Shown piece after piece: positions 47,208 through 55,187 of a stretch of DNA of 64,000 nt. Each line of letters opens with the position of its first letter. Position 1 is the stretch's first letter. The notes under the pieces were generated by a model. It did not search any database, was not told the DNA's origin, and saw nothing but the letters and a program-made list of their open reading frames with translations. The stretch is from an uncultured Dehalococcoidia bacterium. GTDB lineage: Bacteria > Chloroflexota > Dehalococcoidia > Lucifugimonadales > UBA1127. The position numbers were made by a program, and so were the translations under genes. The DNA is taken from assembly GCA_913049785.1 (NCBI GenBank), contig CAJWXP010000007.1, forward strand, positions 7,078 to 71,077. Reading direction: 5' to 3'.

Positions 47208-48929
47208 CTATCGCGCCGCCTTGATGGTTTCGAAGTGGCTGAAGACCCGAGAAATAGACCCAGGGTACGGCCAGGATGCTACGATCTCCGGGTTGACTAT
47301 CATCTCTGCCGGAAGCCAGAACAGCGGCACTTGGGTGTGAAGCGGGAAGGCGGTGTCACCCAACTGCCTCAAGAGATCGTTCTGGGTGGGCTCATCCATG
47401 GTCACGGTCAATACGTCGTGCAACGCGTTGAGCTCTGTCTGCTCTAAGGAACCTCTGGGAACACCGTGAGAGTTGTATACGCGCCACGCCTGGATATCGA
47501 AGTTGCTGCTGGCGTTGATGGTAACCAGATCTGTCCACCCGAATTCACGGTTCACGTTGCGGAACCTGGTTGCTTCAATGACAACCTGGTCGACCTTCAC
47601 GCCGATGTCACTCCAGAACCCTGCTACGGCATCCTGGACGTCTTCTGAACCGCCGTAATCGGAAAGGTTAATCATTCGCATGGTCATTTCCAATGGATTG
47701 TTCGAGTTGAATCCCGCCTCTGCCAGAAGCGTCCTCGCAGCAGTGGGGTCATAGCCGTACTCCGATTCAAAATTCCGCGTCCATTCGGGATTGAAATACG
47801 GCTTGGAAGTAGGCATCTTATCAATGATCATGAGCTGTGCCTTACCCCCAAAGAACGCGTCATTCAATGCGGTCCTATCGATGGCCTTGTTGAGTGCCTT
47901 TCGCACTCGCACATCATGTAAGGCGATTTCTGGGTGTACATAGCCGGATGGCGCGTCCCCGTCAGTGTACACACCGTACATGGCCATCCACGTCCGCTGC
48001 TGGGTGATGGGACCACGAATCCTCGTGTGTCCTTCCGCTACCGCCTGTACGGCCTGGTCTTCAGGAAGTACTGTCACGTGGATTTCGCCAGTCAGCAAAC
48101 TGGCCAGACGCGTGGACGTTTCGGGTAGCCAACGCATCTGAATCTCAGGGAAGTCAGGTGTCCCGTTGTAGTGCTCCCACGATATCCGTTCATAGGTAAT
48201 GGCCTGACCCAAATCTCGTGATTCATATTGATATGGCCCGGTGCTAGCCACGGGCCGCTTTCCCAGGTCTATTTCACCGCCCAGGGAATCGAAATCAACT
48301 TTGCTCGTTATGGCCATGCTGCCAGACTGGCGGGATAGTTGATTGGTGTATTCCGCGTTGCCCCGGGTCAGCCGGAACACCACTTCGTAGTCACTGACCA
48401 CTTCAATTGTGTTCCTACGGTGGATCCGTGCGTGCGGATGAATGGAATCCTCGCGGGTTATCTGCTCGAATGAGTGCACCACGTCCTGAGCCGTAAACTC
48501 ACCGGCATCGTTATGGAACTGTACGCCCTTGCGGAGTTGGAATCGCAACGAGAACCCGTCAGGCTCCACGCTCCAACTCTCTGCCAACATGGGTTCAAAC
48601 TCGCCGTCGGTACCGTATCCTACCAGCCATTCCTGCATGGGCCGCAGCTGGAAGATGGTAAGCGGACCCAAGTCCACGTTGGGTTGGTTTCCCTCAGCCG
48701 CAGGAGGAGGCATGGCTATTACAAGCCGATCAACCTTTGGCTCCACTGCTGATGGCATGGCCGTAGGGGCCGCTGCCGGCGCAGATGTTGGAGCAGCGGA
48801 CGGTGCGGATGTCGACGCTGCAGCCGGGGCCGAAGTGGGTGCAGGTGTTGCCGCACCACTATCGTCGTCGCCGTCGCTTGAGCATGCTGCTAGTGCGAGA
48901 GATAGGATCAGAATCAGGATCAAACCCAT
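47208..48929 (-). CDS. ABC transporter substrate-binding lipoprotein, family 5 (S3); start uncertain
   Basis: From ATG 48929 the signal peptide is MGLILILILSLALAACSS, with no basic n-region and no SD. The frame stays open upstream (..GGATISRRVFTRFD-M) with aggggtgggg just before ACG/ATA at 48962-48957. Linker: ATPAPTSAPAAASTSAPSAAPTSAPAAAPTA. Confidence 0.75.
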   Translation of the reverse strand: MGLILILILSLALAACSSDGDDDSGAATPAPTSAPAAASTSAPSAAPTSAPAAAPTAMPSAVEPKVDRLVIAMPPPAAEGNQPNVDLGPLTIFQLRPMQEWLVGYGTDGEFEPMLAESWSVEPDGFSLRFQLRKGVQFHNDAGEFTAQDVVHSFEQITREDSIHPHARIHRRNTIEVVSDYEVVFRLTRGNAEYTNQLSRQSGSMAITSKVDFDSLGGEIDLGKRPVASTGPYQYESRDLGQAITYERISWEHYNGTPDFPEIQMRWLPETSTRLASLLTGEIHVTVLPEDQAVQAVAEGHTRIRGPITQQRTWMAMYGVYTDGDAPSGYVHPEIALHDVRVRKALNKAIDRTALNDAFFGGKAQLMIIDKMPTSKPYFNPEWTRNFESEYGYDPTAARTLLAEAGFNSNNPLEMTMRMINLSDYGGSEDVQDAVAGFWSDIGVKVDQVVIEATRFRNVNREFGWTDLVTINASSNFDIQAWRVYNSHGVPRGSLEQTELNALHDVLTVTMDEPTQNDLLRQLGDTAFPLHTQVPLFWLPAEMIVNPEIVASWPYPGSISRVFSHFETIKAAR

Positions 48930-49067
48930 GTCGAACCGAGTGAATACTCGTCGAGATATCGTGGCCCCACCCCTATTATGCGGACTATCTAGTTTCCTTT
49001 ATTACTGCATGTCGTTTACATATGGCCGCATGGTTGCAGACAACAGACTAAAAGTCAACGCATGTTA

Positions 49068-49087
49068 TAGAATGTATTTGCATTCTA
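49068..49087. promoter_or_regulatory. Candidate LysR-type dyad upstream of the second LysR gene
   Basis: TAGAATG-tatttg-CATTCTA (7-bp arms), 31 nt upstream of GTG 49118, in the S3/LysR divergent region. Confidence 0.3.
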
Positions 49088-49117
49088 ATATTTTGTATAA
49101 AGCAGGAGTAATGAACA

Positions 49118-50032
49118 GTGGACATTCGTGACCTGCAGCTAATTCGGCTAACCTCATTGGGCAAGAGCCTGTCACAGGCCGCTGAAACCCTGGGAATAAG
49201 CCAGCCTACGGCCACCAAACTTATCCGAAATCTTGAAATAGATCTTGGCGGTGATCTGTTCTTCCGGGGAAAGCGCCCTATTCAATTGACGCCCCTGGGA
49301 CGCTCAATGGCTGAACGCGCGTCCCCACTTGTTGAGGAGATAGAGCGTCTCATTCCACAAGCGCCGCAAGATGAGTCAGCCCAGCCCATCGTGATTGCGG
49401 CAACAACAGAAATATTTGCCCACGTGCTTGCTGATGTTCTCAGTCGCTTCCATGTAAAGTGGCCGGATGTCCGGTTCGCCATCCGCGAGGGCGTTCAAAA
49501 TGCATCATTTGAGTCGGTTGTAAGCGGTCAGGTTCATTTCATGATTGGTGGGAAGCCGTCAGCTCGCCTTAGATTGGACTATACGCCTCTTGGTGTTGTC
49601 CGCCGGGTGGTTTTGGCGCCCACTTCTCATCCCCTGCTGCAGGTGAGACGGCTAACGTTTGGTGAGTTGGCAAAATGGCCCCTCATCGTGAGTGGAATAG
49701 ATGAATATGACCCGTCACCCCGGGCATTGCTCGCTGGGTTCAAGCGCCAAGGGCTCCAAGGTCAAATCGCCTTTGAAGTAGGCAATATGGATTCCATGAA
49801 ACGGTATGTCGCCATGGGATTCGGCATAGGCGCAGGACCGGCGTACATCGTTGAAACCAGGGACCTGGAACAACTGGCAGTAATTTCGGCCTCACCTTTG
49901 CTTCCAAACCGCGAGATGGGGATCGTTACGCTTCCCGGAAAGCCTCTGCCAGCTCAGACCACGAAGCTGCTGGAGATGATCACGTCTGAGCTTCCCGCCT
50001 GGCTGGAGCAAATACAGTCATTCGCCGCTTAA
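49118..50032 (+). CDS. LysR family transcriptional regulator
   Basis: 304 aa with a GTG start after aggagtaatgaaca. HTH: LGKSLSQAAETLGISQPTATKLIRNLEIDLG. Divergent from the S3-R9-RidA module. Confidence 0.85.
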   Translation: MDIRDLQLIRLTSLGKSLSQAAETLGISQPTATKLIRNLEIDLGGDLFFRGKRPIQLTPLGRSMAERASPLVEEIERLIPQAPQDESAQPIVIAATTEIFAHVLADVLSRFHVKWPDVRFAIREGVQNASFESVVSGQVHFMIGGKPSARLRLDYTPLGVVRRVVLAPTSHPLLQVRRLTFGELAKWPLIVSGIDEYDPSPRALLAGFKRQGLQGQIAFEVGNMDSMKRYVAMGFGIGAGPAYIVETRDLEQLAVISASPLLPNREMGIVTLPGKPLPAQTTKLLEMITSELPAWLEQIQSFAA

Positions 50033-50033
50033 A

Positions 50034-50067
50034 AGAACAGGGACAGGCATTTGCCTGCCCCTGTTCT
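50034..50067. terminator. Bidirectional hairpin between LysR and the GlcG-like gene
   Basis: AGAACAGGGACAGGC-attt-GCCTGCCCCTGTTCT: 15-nt arms with one mismatch. Confidence 0.5.
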
Positions 50068-50088
50068 CTGTCGATAATCGATAGATAC

Positions 50089-50571
50089 CTAATCCGTATA
50101 TTCAGGAACATAGCGATGCATTGTGTCGGAGTGGGTGAAGCCCTTTCCTAGCGCGTCGAACCCGACTTGGGCATAATCCCAGTCGCCCTTTCCTTCTCCA
50201 CCGCCACCGCCTGCTACAGCGATTCCGCCTACCATCTTATCGCCGCTAATGATGGCCATTCCACCCGGCAATGTGGTCAGCATCGAGTCGTTCCAGTCGG
50301 CTGGACCTCTGTGTCCTTCTTCTGCCTGCCTGTCCCAAAACTTAATGATGCCATTGGTGTCCATGTCAAACGCGGCGGCGCTGTAAGCCTTGCGCCAAGC
50401 TGCCTTCATGAACCGGTACGGGCGTCCATCCATGCGACAGCCAGCAATGAAATCCGCGTGCTGATCCACTACTACTACGGCTATTTGAGAGCCTCTCTCT
50501 GTGGCTGCAGCTATAACCGCTTCGATTACACGATTTGCCTCTTCTAGGCTAAGCGATTTCTGAACTAACAT
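50089..50571 (-). CDS. GlcG/HbpS-like (DUF336) protein
   Basis: Trimmed to ATG 50571, with gggaggag SD. SLEEANRVIEAVIAAATERGSQIAVVVVD and GGIAVAGGGGGEGKGDWDYA. 160 aa. Confidence 0.7.
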   Translation of the reverse strand: MLVQKSLSLEEANRVIEAVIAAATERGSQIAVVVVDQHADFIAGCRMDGRPYRFMKAAWRKAYSAAAFDMDTNGIIKFWDRQAEEGHRGPADWNDSMLTTLPGGMAIISGDKMVGGIAVAGGGGGEGKGDWDYAQVGFDALGKGFTHSDTMHRYVPEYTD

Positions 50572-50744
50572 TGTGTAACTCCTCCCTACTCTCACTGTAT
50601 CTAATCAGTCCACATTCCTAAGTTCTGGAATCCCAGAAATTTATGTTTTGTAAGACTATCACGATGGTCAAGGCCCTGTTGCGCGTCGACCAGATCGCGG
50701 CTATTGTACCGAGCGTCCAACATGCAGAACGGGAGGGATGGGGA

Positions 50745-51569
50745 ATGGGACAGGCACTTGAGGGGAAAGTAGCCATCGTGACAGGAAGTTCTCGCGGAAT
50801 TGGTCGTGGAATTGCGATGTGCCTGGCAGACGAGGGAGCGGACGTGGTGGTTTGTGCTCGCAGCGACGAGTCGGCTGCCAATCCTCTGGGATCGATTGAG
50901 CAGACGGCACAGGAAATCAGAGATGTCGGTGGCAAGGCGACCGCCATGAAACTCGATGTCACAAAAGACGACGAGGTCCGCGTCGTTATCGAAGCGGTGA
51001 AGCGGGACTACGGCCACATAGACATCGTCGTGAACAATGCCGCTCGCATGGGCCAGGGTGGTGGCGATTTCTGGGGAAGCGGGCCGGAAAACCTTGATGC
51101 CTACTACTTCACCAACGTCCGCGCCCCCTACCTAATAACCACTCTGGTGGCGCCTCACATGGAGACCATTGGGGGCGGGGTCATCATCAACATCACCTCG
51201 GCTGGTGCGAACCTGCCACGACCGCCTGGCCCCGACTGGCAACTTCCAGAAGGTAGAACGTATGTCGGCTATGGCATCACAAAGGCCGCATTAAACCGAT
51301 GGGTAGCAGGAATCGCCGGAGAACTGCGGCTGCACAACGTTGCGATCGTAGCCGTAGACCCGGGTCGTACCGTGGTAGAGCGCAACATTGCAAATCCTAT
51401 TGCAGGAGTCGATTACAGTACAGCCAATATGCCGGAAACAACTGGCCGCGCTGTGGTTTTCATATGTCAAGATGCAATGGCTTATACGGGTCGCGTGATG
51501 GAGTCCAAAACGTTAGTCAATGAAAACAACCTGAAATTGAGCGGCATGACGCCGCGGAATCAAGCCTAA
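50745..51569 (+). CDS. SDR family oxidoreductase
   Basis: Trimmed to ATG 50745. It has the cofactor motif VTGSSRGIGRGIA, NNAA, and the catalytic YGITKAAL (YxxxK). 274 aa. Confidence 0.85.
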   Translation: MGQALEGKVAIVTGSSRGIGRGIAMCLADEGADVVVCARSDESAANPLGSIEQTAQEIRDVGGKATAMKLDVTKDDEVRVVIEAVKRDYGHIDIVVNNAARMGQGGGDFWGSGPENLDAYYFTNVRAPYLITTLVAPHMETIGGGVIINITSAGANLPRPPGPDWQLPEGRTYVGYGITKAALNRWVAGIAGELRLHNVAIVAVDPGRTVVERNIANPIAGVDYSTANMPETTGRAVVFICQDAMAYTGRVMESKTLVNENNLKLSGMTPRNQA

Positions 51570-51847
51570 CCGGTAATAATCATCAGAGCTCTCAGTCTCA
51601 GCCATTTCAAGTTAAAGCCGAGGGGCCAGCTCTTACCCTCCCGAATGTTATTCCCAAAATGACAATAAAAAGGACCTGATAGCTGATTCGACCACCCTTA
51701 GTGGCCGATATCGTCACTACCAGGCCCTCCCCGAAAGGTGAGAACACCTGCGATAGTGCTCTCGTTCTGCAACGTAGCGCCGCGATAGTAATAGGTCAAG
51801 GGTGCCACCGAGCACGCTGTGTGCTGGCTGTAGGGGATTATTTTTGC

Positions 51848-53125
51848 CTATTTTGTCGCAGCATTGAGCACCTTAGGTACAGTTTCATCAAAGGTGATGC
51901 TGCGATCCTGGATCAAAGAGACAGAACGCAACCGATACTTTGAACCCTGACTAGGCACAAAGGGCTCGCTGCCCTCCATGATCTCGCGGGCACCCCTGAG
52001 GTAGATCCTACGCAGGTTGATGATGGCCGAGTCCGATGTCCCCAGATGTTCCTTTGTCCTGTCACAGATGGCACCCATACTCTCTTGAATACCTGCGTCC
52101 TGTACCGAGCCGTTCGCGATGCCCGTGAAGTTCACGGTTCTCTGCATCTCCCGATCGATCATGTAGTCGTTGTCCTTGTTGATGGTAGCTCGCAGAGTGC
52201 GGGGTTCTTTCTCGAGGTCGCTGGCCTGGTGGTGTTCCCCCTCCTTGAGTGGCCTGCTGGCGTTCCAGCTGTAGGTGAACATCCAGCAGTTTTCGTCGTC
52301 GGCCGGCACCCAACCGTGGCCGCTGTAGGTTTTCTCATCGGCATCACCGATTTGACCTGGGATGATAGTGAAGAAAGGCATCATGAACGGGGTAATGCGC
52401 CAGTAGTACTCGTCTGTCCCAGAGTCTCGGTTAGCGCCGTAGACGAATCCATAATCGGTGTCCTGCACAGTAAAGCGGGGAGCGGGGTCGCCGGTTGTGG
52501 CGGCGGGCTGATTTTGCCTATTAGCTTGCCTGGTGTTGGTGTCACGCTGATGAGGAGTAAGGCCGCCGTGCAAGAAGGAGATGTGACTAGAGTCGATACC
52601 TCCTTCGATACCCTGAACGAAGTTGTTCTCTTGTAATCGCCGGGAAACGAACCGGTGGTCTTCCGGCACCATCGCCCAACCCACTTCAGGCAGGTCTGGC
52701 TGTAGCTCTGCAGGGCCCATGTATGCCCAGATGAAACCGCCCCAATCGCGTGCCGGGTATGCTTTGATTTTCACCTTGTCCTTGAAGTTGCTCTCCGCGG
52801 GTTCTGACGGCATGTCCACGCAGCCGCCGTTGACGTCGAATTTCCAGCCGTGATACACGCAGCGCAGCCCACACTCTTCGTTACGGCCGAAGAACAGGCT
52901 GGCGCGTCGATGGGGACAGTAGTTGTCGAGAATCCCTACTTCGCCGTTGGTGTCCCGGAAGGCCACCAGTTCTTCGTTGAGGATCTTGACCCGGACCGGG
53001 GGGCAGTCGGGCTCGGGGATCTCCTTGGAGAGCAGTGCCGGCATCCAGAACCTCCGCAGATACTCCCCCATCGGAGTTCCGGGACCCGTTCTGGTGATAA
53101 GCTCGTTGTCTGTCTGGGTTAACAT
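51848..53125 (-). CDS. Rieske oxygenase alpha-only type (R10)
   Basis: 425 aa. It has the same Rieske motif and EGGIDSSHISFLH. It is close to R1 and R4. Confidence 0.9.
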   Translation of the reverse strand: MLTQTDNELITRTGPGTPMGEYLRRFWMPALLSKEIPEPDCPPVRVKILNEELVAFRDTNGEVGILDNYCPHRRASLFFGRNEECGLRCVYHGWKFDVNGGCVDMPSEPAESNFKDKVKIKAYPARDWGGFIWAYMGPAELQPDLPEVGWAMVPEDHRFVSRRLQENNFVQGIEGGIDSSHISFLHGGLTPHQRDTNTRQANRQNQPAATTGDPAPRFTVQDTDYGFVYGANRDSGTDEYYWRITPFMMPFFTIIPGQIGDADEKTYSGHGWVPADDENCWMFTYSWNASRPLKEGEHHQASDLEKEPRTLRATINKDNDYMIDREMQRTVNFTGIANGSVQDAGIQESMGAICDRTKEHLGTSDSAIINLRRIYLRGAREIMEGSEPFVPSQGSKYRLRSVSLIQDRSITFDETVPKVLNAATK

Positions 53126-53194
53126 CGTATTCTTTTTCCTCTTTTTCCTAGTAACAAATTGTATTTCGGTGATTGCACTTCATAGATTAAGGAT

Positions 53195-54967
53195 TTATAG
53201 GCCCATCTCTTGGACTGCTGTGGGAATTTTAGCTGCAATGAGAGCCGGGGTCCCGTTTCTAACCTGTTCAAGGCCTCGACGCAGAGCTGGGCCGACATCT
53301 TCAGCCTCGTAGACCGTCTCTCCGTAGCCGTTAGCCGCTTCAGCTAGCTTCGCGAAGTCCGGAGGTGGGTCAAAGAGTCCACCATCGTAGTTTTCGGCGC
53401 GCATTGCCGCCCCGTCCGGGTATGTGCCCTTTAGGCCACGGGTTCCGGTGCTGTAGGAGCCGTTCACAAATACCACGGTCAGGTACGGGGCTCCATGATG
53501 ACCCGCGGCCCAGAGACCTGCTAGTGGTGTACCGAACATGTAATAGCCATCGCCAGAGGTCAGGATCACGTCACTATTCGGCTTGGCCACCTTTGCACCA
53601 AACGCAGCACCGCTGCCCCACCCACCGGTGCTGCCGCCACTCTTGAAGTAGGTGCGAGGCAGGTCGCGATTATGATATGCCTGCACGAACGGTGTGTTAC
53701 TGAGGGCATCATCCAACAAGATAGTATCCGGTTCCATGATTTGGCCCAGCTGATAGGCAACCCATCGCGGGTGCAGCGGTTTTCTTTTGCTAGCAACTGC
53801 CGCAGCGTCCTCTGCTGCTTTCCCCTTCTCCTGTTTCAGCATTTCAAGACGCGCCCGCCGATCAGCGATTCGGCTTATATCACTCTTGGTGAGGAGGCCA
53901 GTAGCGGCTTCGTAAATGGCCAATGCCGCCCCGGTGGTGCTGACGGGAAGCCACATGTCAGCCCTATGCTCCATTGTCTTGTACCGAGACTGAACGGGGT
54001 CTACGTCCACCCAGATAATCTTTGCGTCGGCGCTCGGCGCACCCCTTCCAGGCACGAAAGCCGCCGGGGACTCAATCACAAGGAGAGCATCCGCGTCTTT
54101 CGCCGCTGGGCCGGTCCCGTACAGCGGGTGGGTCGTCGGGAAGTTCATCTTGTCTGTTTGGGTTTCCATTACCGGTAGCGCCAGTAGCTCTGCAAGGCGG
54201 ACCAGCGCATCCACCGACTCTGGATGGCGACCCGATTTGGCTACGTAGATGCACGGATTGTTGGCTTTAATAAGCCATTCCGCTGCAGTCTTAGCGTCTT
54301 TAGGATCCGGCCAGGAGGTCCTAGCAATGCCTAGCTGGTCACGCGTGGGGAACCTAGTGGTGCCATCCATGGGCTGCATAGCTACTTCGCGCGGAACGGT
54401 GAGGTAGACGGGACCCTGGGGATCGCTCATTGCTACCTGCAACAGCCTGCTGACCATCAGGCCGGGATTGTCCATATGCTCCAGCCGGTGGTCATGCTTG
54501 GTGTACTGTCGTACGATCTCTCCCTGATCTCTGGGTTCCTGAACCCATTGGATACCGCCATCGCGCCCACCAGTCATGGAGCCAGGGTAAGCCCTTGGCC
54601 CAGCGCCCGCTGTTATCAGTACTGGATACCCGCCCCGCCAGGCTGTATGGATGGCCCCACCGTAGTTCAGTGTGCCCACGTCCACGTGGACCGCAGTGGC
54701 TGCGGGTTGCCCGGTTACCATTGCATTGCCTAGGGCTGCGTTCAATGCTGCGCCCTCGTGTGTCATGGTAACGAGTCGAGGTGACGGACGTTCCAATTCG
54801 CGCGCTCTTGCTGCGCTCTCCTGATAGAAGGCTATCTCAGAGCCTGAGACGAAGAATAGATTGTCCACGCCTCCAAGCTTCATGGACGCCATGATCGCAT
54901 CCGACGACTCCTCGGCCCCAGCCTCTGTCCACCAAGCTTCGCCTTCGGGTTGTCGTACTTCAGCCAT
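53195..54967 (-). CDS. Thiamine-pyrophosphate-dependent enzyme (acetolactate-synthase/benzoylformate-decarboxylase superfamily)
   Basis: 590 aa with three-domain collinearity. TPP motif GDGYYMFGTPLAGLWAAGHHGAPYLTVVFVNGSY (GDG..N). Confidence 0.8.
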   Translation of the reverse strand: MAEVRQPEGEAWWTEAGAEESSDAIMASMKLGGVDNLFFVSGSEIAFYQESAARARELERPSPRLVTMTHEGAALNAALGNAMVTGQPAATAVHVDVGTLNYGGAIHTAWRGGYPVLITAGAGPRAYPGSMTGGRDGGIQWVQEPRDQGEIVRQYTKHDHRLEHMDNPGLMVSRLLQVAMSDPQGPVYLTVPREVAMQPMDGTTRFPTRDQLGIARTSWPDPKDAKTAAEWLIKANNPCIYVAKSGRHPESVDALVRLAELLALPVMETQTDKMNFPTTHPLYGTGPAAKDADALLVIESPAAFVPGRGAPSADAKIIWVDVDPVQSRYKTMEHRADMWLPVSTTGAALAIYEAATGLLTKSDISRIADRRARLEMLKQEKGKAAEDAAAVASKRKPLHPRWVAYQLGQIMEPDTILLDDALSNTPFVQAYHNRDLPRTYFKSGGSTGGWGSGAAFGAKVAKPNSDVILTSGDGYYMFGTPLAGLWAAGHHGAPYLTVVFVNGSYSTGTRGLKGTYPDGAAMRAENYDGGLFDPPPDFAKLAEAANGYGETVYEAEDVGPALRRGLEQVRNGTPALIAAKIPTAVQEMGL

Positions 54968-55033
54968 TGCTCAGCACCATCCTTCTTTTCGATAGTCTAA
55001 TCACTTTGAACCTTTAACCGTTCATACACGATT

Positions 55034-55067
55034 GCTACTTCCTGCCGTAGATTCGGCAGGAAGTAGC
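55034..55067. terminator. Hairpin between S4 and the TPP-enzyme gene
   Basis: GCTACTTCCTGCCG-tagatt-CGGCAGGAAGTAGC, a perfect 14-bp stem. Confidence 0.5.
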
Positions 55068-55187
55068 CAATCCTAAACTTGAAAACCGGTCAGTCCGTTG
55101 AAAAGTGAGAGGCAGTGTCCCACCGCTTACCGGCAGGACACTCACCCTCTAACTTTTAGAAGTTTCACCTACGGAATTATGCACTTA

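Noticed and set aside
51701-51847. The frame stays open for about 49 codons after the TAG stop of R10, raising the idea of a read-through extension.
   Set aside because: R10 already ends where its close paralogs R1 and R4 end. An open run of this length is not improbable by chance, and the extension has no recognisable features.
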